Of a stretch of DNA of 64,000 nucleotides, positions 10,856-21,805 are shown one piece after another. Source of the DNA: Sphaerodactylus townsendi (Eukaryota). The notes under the pieces were generated by a model that searched no databases, was not told the DNA's origin, and was given only the letters and a program-made list of their open reading frames with translations. The stretch lies in contig NC_059430.1 in NCBI RefSeq assembly GCF_021028975.2, positions 3,906,001-3,970,000 on the forward strand, given 5' to 3'. Both the position numbers and the translations under genes were made by a program. Each line of letters begins with the position of its first letter. Positions within the stretch are counted from its first letter, which is position 1.

Positions 10856-13327
10856 GTGACTTCGGTTCGGAATACAGAGTCCATGGGGATGCAGACACAG
10901 AGAGAGGTTTTTCTAAATCAACCACATACAAGCGAGGAGCATAGCAATGTGATAAGTGATAGTGTCTACAAAAGGCTAGAGGGCAAAACACATAAATCCC
11001 AGGTTAAGGACAGAGACAGAGTATACAAGTGTCTCTATGCTAATAGTAGAAGCATTCGACCTACAATGGGAGAGCTGGAGTACAGAGTTTTGAAGGAGGA
11101 CATTGATATAGTGGGCATCACGGAGACATGGTGGAATGAGGAGAACCAGTGGGATGCTGTTATCCCAGGTTACAGGCTCTACAGGAAGGATAGGACAGGG
11201 CGTATTGGGGGTGGGGTGGCCCTCTACATCAAAGAGAGCATAGTGTCACATAAAATAGACAATGCAGGGGGAGCTGATTCCTCTACAGAAGCACTGTGGA
11301 TATCAATACCAGGGGTGAAGCAAAGTTTAACATTAGGAATATATTATCGTCCCCCTGACCAAAGTGCACAAGAGGATTCTGAGATGGAAAAAGAAATTAG
11401 AGAGGCCAACAAAAGCAAAAATGTCGTGGTAATGGGCGATTTTAACTATCCCCACATAAACTGGAAAAATGCATGTTCAGGTCATAGTAAGGAGAGAACA
11501 TTCCTGGATATGCTAAATGACTGTGGCTTAGAGCAGATGGTTGTAGAACCAACCAGGGGAGATGTGATCCTAGATCTAATTCTATGTGGGACCCAGGACC
11601 TGGTGCGGGAAGTCAGTGTTGTTGAGCCGATAGGGAACAGCGACCACAATGCTGTCAGATTCAGTATCTCTGCATGCGAACAAGTGACAATTACTAATGT
11701 AGTTACATTTGCCTTCAGAAAGGGAAATTTCTCAAAGATGAGGGGGATAGTGCGCAGGAAGCTGAAAGGGAAAATCAAGAGAGTCAAAAATGTCCAAGGT
11801 GCTTGGAGGTTATTTAAAAACACAGTCTTAAAAGCTCAGCTGGAATGTGTTCCGCAGGTTAGGAAAGGCAGCGCCCAGTCCAAAAGAAAGCCACCATGGT
11901 TAACAAGGGAGGTTGAGGTAATTATTAGGAAAAAAAAGATGTCTTTTAGAAAATGGAAGTCCAACTTAACTGATGAAGAATACCAGAGAGAACACAAATG
12001 GTGGCAAAAGAGAAGCAAGTTAGCTGTAAGGGAGGCAAAAAAGGATTATGAGGAACGCATGGCTGCGAACATCAAGACTAGCAACAAACAGTTCTTCAAG
12101 TACATCAAAAGCAGGAAGCCAGCTAGGGAAGCGGTAGGTCCGTTAGACGATGAAGGAACAAAAAGTGTGCTAAAAGGTGACAGGGAGATTGCAGAGAAGC
12201 TGAATGAATTCTTTGCATCTGTCTTCACCCAAGAGGAGGTGAGGAAAATTCCTGCACCTGAACCAAGCTTCTTAGGAGGTGAATCCGAGGAACTAGCGAA
12301 GTTAGTGGTAGACAAGGAAGAAGTTCTGGCAGCCATTGATAAACTAAATGCTACCAAATCCCCTGGCCCAGATTGCATTCATCCAAGAGTTCTTAAAGAG
12401 CTCAAGCATGAAATTGCTGATGTTCTCACATTAATATGCAACTTATCCCTGAAATCAGGCTCCATCCCTGAAGACTGGAAGATGGCCAATGTCACACCAA
12501 TCTTTAAGAAAGGGTCTAGGGGGGACCCGGGAAATTACAGGCCAGTCAGTTTGACATCTGTTCCTGGTAAATTAGTAGAATCTATCATTAAAGATAAAAT
12601 TATTAAACATGTAGAAAAGCAAGATCTGCTGAGGAAGAGTCAGCATGGCTTTTGTAGAGGCAAGTCCTGTCTTACAAACTTACTAGAGTTCTTTGAGGGT
12701 GTAAACAGACATGTGGATAAGGGGGAACCAGTGGACATTGTCTACTTGGATTTCCAAAAGGCTTTTGACAAAGTTCCTCACCAGAGACTGTTGAGAAAAC
12801 TCAGCAATGAAGGAATAAGAGGGGAAGTCCTCCTATGGATTAAAAACTGGTTGAGGAACAGGAAACAAAGAGTGGGTGTAAATGGGAAGTTCTCACAATG
12901 GAGAGATGTAGGGAGTGGTGTCCCCCAAGGATCCGTTTTGGGACCAGTGCTCTTTAACTTATTCATAAATGACCTGGAAGTAGGGGTGGGTAGCGTGGTG
13001 GCCAAGTTTGCAGATGATACCAAATTATGTAGGGTGGTGAGAACCACAAAGGATTGCGAAGAGCTCCAAGCGGACCTTGATAAATTAGGTGAGTGGGCTA
13101 AGAAATGGCAAATGCAGTTCAATGTAGCTAAATGTAAAGTGATGCACATAGGGGCAAAAAATCCAAACTTCACATACACGCTACAGGGGTCAGTGCTATC
13201 AGTCACAGACCAGGAAAGGGATTTAGGCGTCTTAGTTGATAGTTCCATGGGAATGTCAACTCAATGCATGGCAGCTGTAAAAAAGGCAAACTCTATGCTG
13301 GGGATCATTAGAAAAGGAATTGATAAT
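10856..13327 (+). CDS. CR1 ORF2p: APE endonuclease and reverse transcriptase (open until the gap)
   Basis: GITETWW, GDFN, SDH (APE); YRPVSLTS, LDFQKAFD, GVPQGSVLGP, FADD (RT). The listed start is GTG; first ATG is at 10883; the frame is open from 10799. Confidence 0.95.
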
Positions 13328-13486
13328 NNNNNNNNNNNNNNNNNNNNNNNNNNNNNNNNNNNNNNNNNNNNNNNNNNNNNNNNNNNNNNNNNNNNNNNNN
13401 NNNNNNNNNNNNNNNNNNCATCCTGCATGTGAGCTCCCAAAGGCACCTGGTCTGCTAAGGCATTTGCAATCTGAGATCAAGGAGGA

Positions 13487-16459
13487 TCAAGATTGGTAGC
13501 CATAGATTGACTTCTCCTCCATAAATCTGTCCAAGCCCTTTTTAAAGCTATCCAGGTTAGTGGCCATCACCACCTCCTGTGGCAGCATATTCCAAACACC
13601 AATCACACGTTGCGTGAAGAAGTGTTTCCTTTTATTAGTCCTAATTCTTCCCCCCAGCATTTTCAATGTATGCCCCCTGGTTCTAGTATTGTGAGAAAGA
13701 GAGAAAAATTTCTCTCTGTCAACATTTTCTACCCCATGCATAATTTTATAGGCTTCAATCATATCCCCCCTCAGACGTCTCCTCTCCAAACTAAAGAGTC
13801 CCAAACGCTGCAGCCTCTCCTCATAAGGAAGGTGCTCCAATCCTTCAATCATCCTCGTTGCCCTTCTCTGCACTTTTTCTATCTCTTCGATATCCTTTTT
13901 GAGATGTGGCGACCAGAACTGAACACAGTACTCCAAGTGCGGTCGCACTACTGCTTTATATAAGGGCATGACAATCCTTGCAGTTTTATTATCAACTCCT
14001 TTCCTAATTATCCCCAGCATAGAGTTTGCCTTTTTCACAGCTGCCATGCATTGAGTTGACATTCCCATGGAACTATCAACTAAGACGCCCAAATCCCTTT
14101 CCTGGTCTGTGACTGATAGCACTGACCCCTGTAGCCTGTATGTGAAGTTTGGATTTTTTGCCCCTATGTGCATCACTTTACATTTAGCTACACTGAACTG
14201 CATTTGCCATTTCTTAGCCCACTCACCTAATTTATCAAGGTCCACTTGGAGCTCTTTGCAATCCTTTGTGGTTCTTACCACCCTACATAATTTGGTATCA
14301 TCTGCAAACTTAGCCACCACACTACCCACCCCTACTTCCAGGTCATTTATGAATAAGTTAAAGAGCACTGGTCCCAAAACGGATCCTTGGGGGACACCAC
14401 TCCCTACATCTCTCCATTGTGAGAACTTCCCATTTATACCCACCCTTTGTTTCCTGTTCCTCAACCAGTTTTTAATCCATAGGAGGACTTCCCCTCTTAT
14501 TCCTTCATTGCTGAGTTTTCTCAACAGTCTCTGGTGAGGAACTTTGTCAAAAGCCTTTTGGAAATCCAAGTAGACAATGTCCACTGGTTCCCCCTTATCC
14601 ACATGTCTGTTTACACCCTCAAAGAACTCTAGTAAGTTTGTAAGACAGGACTTGCCTCTACAAAAGCCATGCTGACTCTTCCTCAGCAGGTCTTGCTTTT
14701 CTACATGTTTAATAATTTTATCTTTAATGATAGATTCTACTAATTTACCAGGAACAGATGTCAAACTGACTGGCCTGTAATTTCCTGGGTCCCCCCTAGA
14801 CCCTTTCTTAAAGATTGGTGTGACATTGGCCATCTTCCAGTCTTCAGGGATGGAGCCTGATTTCAGGGATAAGTTGCATATTAATGTGAGAACATCAGCA
14901 ATTTCATGCTTGAGCTCTTTAAGAACTCTTGGATGAATGCAATCTGGGCCAGGGGATTTGGTAGCATTTAGTTTATCAATGGCTGCCAGAACTTCTTCCT
15001 TGTCTACCACTATCTTCGCTAGTTCCTCGGATTCACCTCCTAAGAAGCTTGGTTCAGGTGCAGGAATTTTCCTCACCTCCTCTTGGGTGAAGACGGATGC
15101 AAAGAATTCATTCAGCTTCTCTGCAATCTCCCTGTCATCTTTTAGCACACCTTTTGTTCCTTCATCATCTAACGGGCCTACCGCTTCCCTAGCTGGCTTC
15201 CTGCTTTTGATGTACTTGAAGAACTGTTTGTTGCTAGTTTTGATGTTCGCAGCCATGCGTTCCTCATAATCCTTTTTTGCCTCCCTTACAGCTAACTTGC
15301 TTCTCTTTTGCCACCATTTGTGTTCTCTCTGGTATTCTTCATCAGTTAAGTTGGACTTCCATTTTCTAAAAGACATCTTTTTTTTCCTAATAATTTCCTC
15401 AACCTTCCTTGTTAACCATGGTGGCTTTCTTTTGGACTGGGCGCTGCCTTTCCTAACCTGCGGAACACATTCCAGCTGAGCTTTTAAGACTGTGTTTTTA
15501 AATAACCTCCAAGCACCTTGGACATTTTTGACTCTCTTGATTTTCCCTTTCAGCTTCCTGCGCACTATCCCCCTCATCTTTGAGAAATTTCCCTTTCTGA
15601 AGGCGAATGTAACTACATTAGTAGTTGTCACTTGTTCGCATGCAGAGATACTGAATCTGACAGCATTGTGGTCGCTGTTCCCTATAGGCTCAACAACACT
15701 GACTTCCCGCACCAGGTCCTGGGTCCCACATAGAATTAGATCTAGGATCACCTCTCCCCTGGTTGGTTCCACAACCATCTGCTCTAAGCCACAGTCATTT
15801 AGCATATCCAGGAATGTTCTCTCCTTACTATGACCTGAACATGCATTTTTCCAGTTTATGTGGGGATAGTTAAAATCGCCCATTACCACGACATTTTTGC
15901 TTTTGTTGGCCTCTCTAATTTCTTTTTCCATCTCAGAATCCTCTTGTGCACTTTGGTCAGGGGGACGATAATATATTCCTACTGTTAAACTATGCTTCAC
16001 CCCTGGTATTGATATCCACAGTGCTTCTGTAGAGGAATCAGCTCCCCCTGCATTGTCTATTTTATGTGACATTATGCTCTCTTTGATGTAGAGGGCCACC
16101 CCACCCCCAATACGCCCTGTCCTATCCTTCCTGTAGAGCCTGTAACCTGGGATAACAGCATCCCACTGGTTCTCCTCATTCCACCATGTCTCTGTGATAC
16201 CCACTATATCAATGTCCTCCTTCAAAACTCTGTACTCCAGCTCCCCCATTTTAGGTCGAATGCTTCTACTATTAGCATAGAGACACTTGTATACTCTGTC
16301 TCTGTCCCTAACCTGGGATTTATGTGTTTTGCCCTCTAGCCTTTTGTAGACACTATCACTTATCACATTGCTATGCTCCTCGCTTGTATGTGGTTGATTT
16401 AGAAAAACCTCCCTCTCTGTCTGCATCCCCATGGACTCTGTATTCCGAACCGAAGTCAC
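13487..16459 (-). CDS. CR1 ORF2p, APE-RT, 990 aa, intact
   Basis: Same motifs as copy 1 plus the CR1-typical C-terminus (RPHLEYCVQFWSP, LERRRLRGDM, WNMLP). Confidence 0.96.
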   Translation of the reverse strand: MTSVRNTESMGMQTEREVFLNQPHTSEEHSNVISDSVYKRLEGKTHKSQVRDRDRVYKCLYANSRSIRPKMGELEYRVLKEDIDIVGITETWWNEENQWDAVIPGYRLYRKDRTGRIGGGVALYIKESIMSHKIDNAGGADSSTEALWISIPGVKHSLTVGIYYRPPDQSAQEDSEMEKEIREANKSKNVVVMGDFNYPHINWKNACSGHSKERTFLDMLNDCGLEQMVVEPTRGEVILDLILCGTQDLVREVSVVEPIGNSDHNAVRFSISACEQVTTTNVVTFAFRKGNFSKMRGIVRRKLKGKIKRVKNVQGAWRLFKNTVLKAQLECVPQVRKGSAQSKRKPPWLTRKVEEIIRKKKMSFRKWKSNLTDEEYQREHKWWQKRSKLAVREAKKDYEERMAANIKTSNKQFFKYIKSRKPAREAVGPLDDEGTKGVLKDDREIAEKLNEFFASVFTQEEVRKIPAPEPSFLGGESEELAKIVVDKEEVLAAIDKLNATKSPGPDCIHPRVLKELKHEIADVLTLICNLSLKSGSIPEDWKMANVTPIFKKGSRGDPGNYRPVSLTSVPGKLVESIIKDKIIKHVEKQDLLRKSQHGFCRGKSCLTNLLEFFEGVNRHVDKGEPVDIVYLDFQKAFDKVPHQRLLRKLSNEGIRGEVLLWIKNWLRNRKQRVGINGKFSQWRDVGSGVPQGSVLGPVLFNLFINDLEVGVGSVVAKFADDTKLCRVVRTTKDCKELQVDLDKLGEWAKKWQMQFSVAKCKVMHIGAKNPNFTYRLQGSVLSVTDQERDLGVLVDSSMGMSTQCMAAVKKANSMLGIIRKGVDNKTARIVMPLYKAVVRPHLEYCVQFWSPHLKKDIEEIEKVQRRATRMIEGLEHLPYEERLQRLGLFSLERRRLRGDMIEAYKIMHGVENVDREKFFSLSHNTRTRGHTLKMLGGRIRTNKRKHFFTQRVIGVWNMLPQEVVMATNLDSFKKGLDRFMEEKSIYGYQS

Positions 16460-16488
16460 CTCAGCTCCTGTCGGCTTTCCCCCAAGGA

Positions 16489-17391
16489 TCAGTTTAAAAG
16501 CTGTTCTGCCACCTTTTTAACGTTGAGCGCCAGCAGCCTGGTTCCTCTTTGGTTAAGATGAAGCCCGTCCCTTTTGTACAGGCCTGCCTTATCCCAAAAG
16601 GTTCCCCAGTTCCTGACAAAGCTGAAACCCTCTGCCTTACACCACCTTCTCATCCACGCATTGAGTCCCTGTATCTCTGCTTGCCTAGCTCGCCCTGCAC
16701 GTGGAACAGGTAGCATTTCGGAGAATGCCACCTTGGGGGTTCTGGATTTTAACCTTTTTCCTAGCAGCCTAAATTTAGCTTCCAGAACCTCCCGGCTACA
16801 TTTCCCAATGTCATTGGTACCAATGTGGACCACAACTGCTGACTCCACCCCAGCACTGTCTAACAGCCTATCTAGACGAAGCGTGACATCCGCAACCTTC
16901 GCACCAGGCAGGCAAGTCACCATGCGGTCATCACGCCTGTCACAAACCCAACTCTCTATATTCCTAATGATCGAATCACCCACTACAAGGAGCCCCCCAC
17001 CTCCCCGAGGGGTATCCTCAGTGCGAGAGGATATCTGACCACCAGCTAAGGAAGGGGTCCCATCTAAGGGAGCATCTTCCACCACCTCAGACTGGCACCC
17101 TCCATCACCCAGACTCTCATTCTCCATGACATCTGAAGAGATGTCACCTTGGGAGTGGGACCCGGCTGCTAGGTCCCTGAAAGCCTCGTTTGTTGCCCTC
17201 TCTGCCTCTCTCAGCTTCGCCAGGTCTGCCACCTTGGCTTCAAGAGAACGCACACGTTTCTTGAGTGCCAGGAGCTCATTGCAGCGAGGGCACACCCATG
17301 ACTTCTGTCCTAGTGGCAGATAGTCATACATGTGACACTCAGTGCAAAACACTGGAAAGCCCCCCTCCCCCTGCTGGCTTCCTGCCTTCAT
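16489..17391 (-). CDS. CR1 ORF1p, zinc finger and esterase, 300 aa, intact
   Basis: 291 of 300 residues identical to copy 1. Confidence 0.93.
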   Translation of the reverse strand: MKAGSQQGEGGFPVFCTECHMYDYLPLGQKSWVCPRCNELLALKKRVRSLEAKVADLAKLREAERATNEAFRDLAAGSHSQGDISSDVMENESLGDGGCQSEVVEDAPLDGTPSLAGGQISSRTEDTPRGGGGLLVVGDSIIRNIESWVCDRRDDRMVTCLPGAKVADVTLRLDRLLDSAGVESAVVVHIGTNDIGKCSREVLEAKFRLLGKRLKSRTPKVAFSEMLPVPRAGRARQAEIQGLNAWMRRWCKAEGFSFVRNWGTFWDKAGLYKRDGLHLNQRGTRLLALNVKKVAEQLLN

Positions 17392-17514
17392 ATCTAATTT
17401 TGTTTAGATATTCAAATATTGATTTTAATTAGTGCCTCCCTCTTAAGGTTTCTCTCCCTTCTACTATCCGTTAAAATATGTTCCTATTTAGTAAAACACC
17501 TGCGCGCGCCGTTA

Positions 17515-18582
17515 GCCCTCTGTAAAGAAAAATCAGAGCTTCTCAGCCCTTTCTGGCACACTTCTCAGCCCTTTCTGGCCCACTGCTGTTCTCCAGTGCT
17601 CCTCTTCTCTGCTGGTTCCAGAGACTAACTGACAAGATTTAAAAATGTGAGAAGCCCCACCCCTTCAGCACTAACTGAAAAGATTTACAAATGTGAGAAG
17701 CCCCACCCCTTTAGCAGCCTCCACCAATCAGCAGCCCTAGGACAAGGAGAAAAAAGAGAAACCCCCTGTTTAAAATACACTGTTTAAAAGATGTGGCTTT
17801 GAGAAAAGCCCTCTGTAAAGAAAAATCAGAGCTTCTCAGCCCTTTCTGGCACACTTCTCAGCCCTTTCTGGCCCACTGCTGTTCTCCAGTGCTCCTCTTC
17901 TCTGCTGGTTCCAGAGACTAACTGACAAGATTTAAAAATGTGAGAAGCCCCACCCCTTCAGCACTGAAAAGATTTACAAATGTGAGAAGCCCCACCCCTT
18001 TAGCAGCCTCCACCAATCAGCAGCCCTAGGACAAGGAGAAAAAAGAGAAACCCCCTGTTTAAAATACACTGTTTAAAAGATGTGGCTTTGAGAAAAGCCC
18101 TCTGTAAAGAAAAATCAGAGCTTCTCAGCCCTTTCTGGCACACTTCTCAGCCCTTTCTGGCCCACTGCTGTTCTCCAGTGCTCCTCTTCTCTGCTGGTTC
18201 CAGAGACTAACTGACAAGATTTAAAAATGTGAGAAGCCCCACCCCTTCAGCACTGAAAAGATTTACAAATGTGAGAAGCCCCACCCCTTTAGCAGCCTCC
18301 ACCAATCAGCAGCCCTAGGACAAGGAGAAAAAAGAGAAACCCCCTGTTTAAAATACACTGTTTAAAAGATGTGGCTTTGAGAAAAGCCCTCTGTAAAGAA
18401 AAATCAGAGCTTCTCAGCCCTTTCTGGCACACTTCTCAGCCCTTTCTGGCCCACTGCTGTTCTCCAGTGCTCCTCTTCTCTGCTGGTTCCAGAGACTAAC
18501 TGACAAGATTTAAAAATGTGAGAAGCCCCACCCCTTCAGCACTAACTGAAAAGATTTACAAATGTGAGAAGCCCCACCCCTT
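17515..18582 (-). promoter_or_regulatory. CR1 5' tandem monomers (about 3.7 x 289-293 bp)
   Basis: TGTAAAGAAAAA recurs at 17521, 17814, 18103, 18392; homologous to the copy 1 monomers. Confidence 0.75.
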
Positions 18583-18746
18583 ACAAGTTTTCTGTAAGAG
18601 AATCTAAGATCCCTTCCGCACATGCAGAATAACGCACTTTCAATCCACTTTCGTAATTATTTGCAAGTGGATGTTGCTATTCTGCGCAGTAAAATCCAAC
18701 TGCAAAGTGTATTGAAAGTACATTAAAAATGCAATTTTCTGCATGT

Positions 18747-19314
18747 TTATTTATTTATTTATTGTTAATTTTATATACCGCCCTTCCCCCGAAGGGCTCT
18801 GGGCGGTGTACAGCATACCATCACAATAAAACCAATGGAGCACATAAACAAAATACAAATCATAAATAAATAATATAGGCTCTAATACCCACAAATGCTA
18901 AAACTCTAAAAATACAACAATCAATACAAAATTGGTGCAATTAAAACTCCATGAAAACCCTCCCCAAAAAGGGGGGGAAACTATGGATCCCTTTGATGTT
19001 AGGGGACCCCAGATGTAATGGAGAACAGAAGGGGGCGCAATCAGCGGCTGCCCCCCCCAAAAGGCCTGGTAGAACAACTCAGTCTTGCAAGCCCTGCGGA
19101 ACTCGCCAAGATCCCGCAGGGCCCGGACAGATGGAGGAAGAGTGTTCCACCAGGCAGGGGCCAGGGCCGTGAAGGTCCTGGCCCGAGTGGAGGCCAGCCG
19201 CATCATCAAGGGGCCAGGGACCACCAGTAAATTGGCCTCCGCCGAACGTAGAGGCCGTGTAGATGACAGATGGAGTAAGACGGTCCCGAAGGTATGAAGG
19301 TCCCAGGCCGCGTA
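18747..19314 (-). mobile_element. L2-type LINE 3' fragment inserted in a Harbinger-type MITE
   Basis: Encodes APAWWNTLP..FRRACKTELF; (TAAA)n tail; ATGT duplicated at both ends; the uninterrupted MITE is at about 35698-35848. Confidence 0.75.
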
Positions 19315-19724
19315 ATGTATGGAAGGGACCTAAGAATATACAGGATCTAACTAAATGCAGTTATTCACTGAACTGTCCATTATCTATATATATAAAAACC
19401 TAACCGTGTATGTGTTGATGACAGGGTACCTCAGTAACTGCTGGGCCAATTCCTCTGAAAATTCCCAGCCACTATAGTCAGTCAGGCGAGAGTGTTTTCA
19501 GATGTTCACATACCTGAAATTTCATACCTGGCCCAGGTAAAAATGCCTTTTTCCTGGCGCTCCCTGGTGAAGGACAGGGAGGGGCCTGTGTGTAACTGTA
19601 ACCCTTAGAATGTTCGTGCCCTTAGAATGTTCACTCAGATGGCCAAAGATGAGCAGTGGAAACAGCACGTAGGCAGTAACTCGAGTGGAAGTGAAACACA
19701 TACACACACATACACACGAGGGAG

Positions 19725-20064
19725 AGAGGAGGAGGAGGAGGAAGAGGAGGAGAAGAAGAAGAAGGAGAAGAGGAGGAGGAGGAGTTTGGATTTATATCCC
19801 CCCTTTCTCTCCTGTAGGAGACTCAAAGGGGCTGACAATCTCCTTGCCCTTCCCCCCTCACAACAAACACCCTGTGAGGTAGGTGGGACTGAGAGAGCTC
19901 CGAGAAGCTGTGACTAGCCCAAGATCACCCAGCTGGCGTGTGTGGGAGTGTACAGGCTAATCTGAATTCCCCAGATAAGCCTCCACAGCTCAGGCGGCAG
20001 AACGGAGAATCAAACCCGGTTCCTCCAGATTAGATACACGAGCTCTTAACCTCCACTGCCACTG
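19725..20064 (-). mobile_element. Sauria-type SINE with (CTC/CTT)n tail, nested in the Helitron
   Basis: Matches the copies at 47383 and 54461; tRNA-like head at the right end. Confidence 0.85.
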
Positions 20065-20081
20065 AGAGGGAGGGGTGGCAT

Positions 20082-20460
20082 CAGAGATGGGATCCAGCAG
20101 GTTCTCACAGGTTCCCGAGAGTAGGTTGCTAATTATTTGTGTGTGCCGAGAGGGGGTTACTAAATGGTGATTTTTGCCTTAGTTAGGCCCCTCCTCTCAG
20201 AAGTAGCGCGCAGAACTTGAAGCAGTCTAGCAGGAGGTGCACCGGTGTGTGTGGCAGCCTGCGCCTGCGTGCATTCGTTTCCCACCCAAGGACCGGCGCA
20301 GCGGCTGCGTCCTTGCCACAGCCCCGCCCAGGAATGCCCCACCCCTGGAATACCCGGCCACGCCCCCGTCGTGCCCCACCCAGCCCCATTGGCGCTATGC
20401 CACAGTTTGAATCCCACCACCATAAGAACCTGTTACTAAAATTTTTGGATCCCACCACTG
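20082..20460. mobile_element. hAT-type non-autonomous element nested in the Helitron
   Basis: TIR CAG(A/T)G(A/G)TGGGATCCA; 8-bp TSD GGTGGCAT at 20074-20081 and 20461-20468. Confidence 0.85.
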
Positions 20461-20990
20461 GGTGGCATGCAAGGGAAGAGAGGGAGGGAGAGGAAAGGGA
20501 CAGTAGGGGAGGCATGCAAGGGAAGAGAAGTGAGAGAGGGGAGACAGTGAGGGGTGGCATGCAAGGGAGGAGAGGCAGGGGGCCCAACATCTTGATATGA
20601 CCCACCCACCCTAGCGGAGGGAAAGGGAAGGGAGGGAGGGGGAGGGGTGGCAAGCAAGGGAAGAGAAGTGAGGGAGGGAAGAGAGTGAGGGGTGGCATGC
20701 AAGGGAGGGGAGGCAGGGGGCCCAGCATCTTGATATGACCCACCGGCGCTAGCAGAGGGAAAGGGAAGGGAGGGAGGGGGAGGGGTGGCAAGCAAGGGAA
20801 GAGAAGTGAGGGAGGGAAGAGAGTGAGGGGTGACATGCAAAGGAGGGGAGGCAGGGGGCCAAGCATCTTGATATGACCCACCCACGCTAGCGAAGGGAAA
20901 GGGAAGGGAGGGAGGGGTGGCATGCAAGGGAAGAGAAGTGAGGGAGGGAAGAGAGTGAGGGGCGACATGCAAGGGATGGGAGGGAGGGGC
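20461..20990. repeat. 138-bp purine/G-rich minisatellite (about 3.8 copies) within the Helitron
   Basis: CATCTTGATATGACCC at 20588, 20726, 20864. Confidence 0.9.
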
Positions 20991-21805
20991 CAGGCACCCT
21001 AGAGTCCCTGAATACTGCAGTTACAGTTAAGAAAACCAGGCACGCATTACTCAGGAGTAAGCTCAGTACAGCAACCATGACATACTTTGAATGGCTGCCT
21101 TGTGCCCCTCAGAGGGTTTCCTCAGAAGCGACACCCATTGCCACCAACCAAACTTACTCCCAGGTAAAGGATCATGACCAGCCAGCCTAGATGTGTGGGA
21201 GGGGTGCCTTTCCATTCCCCCCCCCCAGGAATGCGGGCACACACATCACTGACATCGCACAGTATCAGGCTGCGTGTTTGCATGAGCATGTACTGCTGGC
21301 CTCTGCAATTGATTTGCTGCTACTGTTCCTTTCCCATTTCACCACAATAAGCCACAGCAACACGTGGCCGGGCCACGCTAGTTTTTAATAATATAATCTT
21401 ACTATCTTAAGCCTACTCAGGATCTGCTGGACCAGTTTCAGGATGGCCTTAGATTGTACTAAGTTCATACAGGAACAGGAATTCTCATATACCTTATTAC
21501 AAATGCAATACATTTGTAGTTTTTCAATGGTAGAACATCTTGAGATGCGGTTCTCTCATTGAATGCCTCGAGTTACGCTCCTGAGAATGTGTGTTAAGCT
21601 ACGTTTTCCTGAGGAGTAGCTTCATTAGGCAGATGTAACAGGAACAGGCAAGAGGCACCAATTCAAACCCCAATTCAAAGCAGACAGTCCTGCAGGAAGC
21701 AGTAGGTGCAGCAGGCTTCTGTCTTCATTCCTTACACTATGTCCCTCTACAGCAAAATAAAAATCCATTTAATAATAGAGTTCACACAATTGTGGGCAGC
21801 TTGCC

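Larger units (their letters stand above)
9293..13451 (+). mobile_element. CR1 LINE copy 1 (near full length; 3' part in gap, tail lost)
   Basis: 5' monomers, ORF1, ORF2 and a 3' UTR remnant CATCCTGCATGTGAGCTCCCAAAGGCACCTGG at 13419-13450. Confidence 0.95.
13443..18582 (-). mobile_element. CR1 LINE copy 2 (both ORFs intact, 3' tail lost)
   Basis: Inverted near-identical counterpart of copy 1 with a complete ORF2. Confidence 0.96.
19383..21381 (+). mobile_element. Non-autonomous Helitron
   Basis: 5' TCTATATATATAAAA; 3' hairpin CGTGGCC-G-GGCCACG then CTAG; inserted between A and T without TSD; absent at the paralogous site near 35895. Confidence 0.8.

Noticed and set aside
10277-17323. Paired antisense ORFs of 110-156 aa inside both CR1s
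   Set aside because: Shadows of the sense coding sequence; they appear twice only because the elements are near-identical
20183-20972. 261-aa and 178-aa proline-rich ORFs
   Set aside because: Translations of the 138-bp (46-codon) minisatellite, which lacks stops because of base composition
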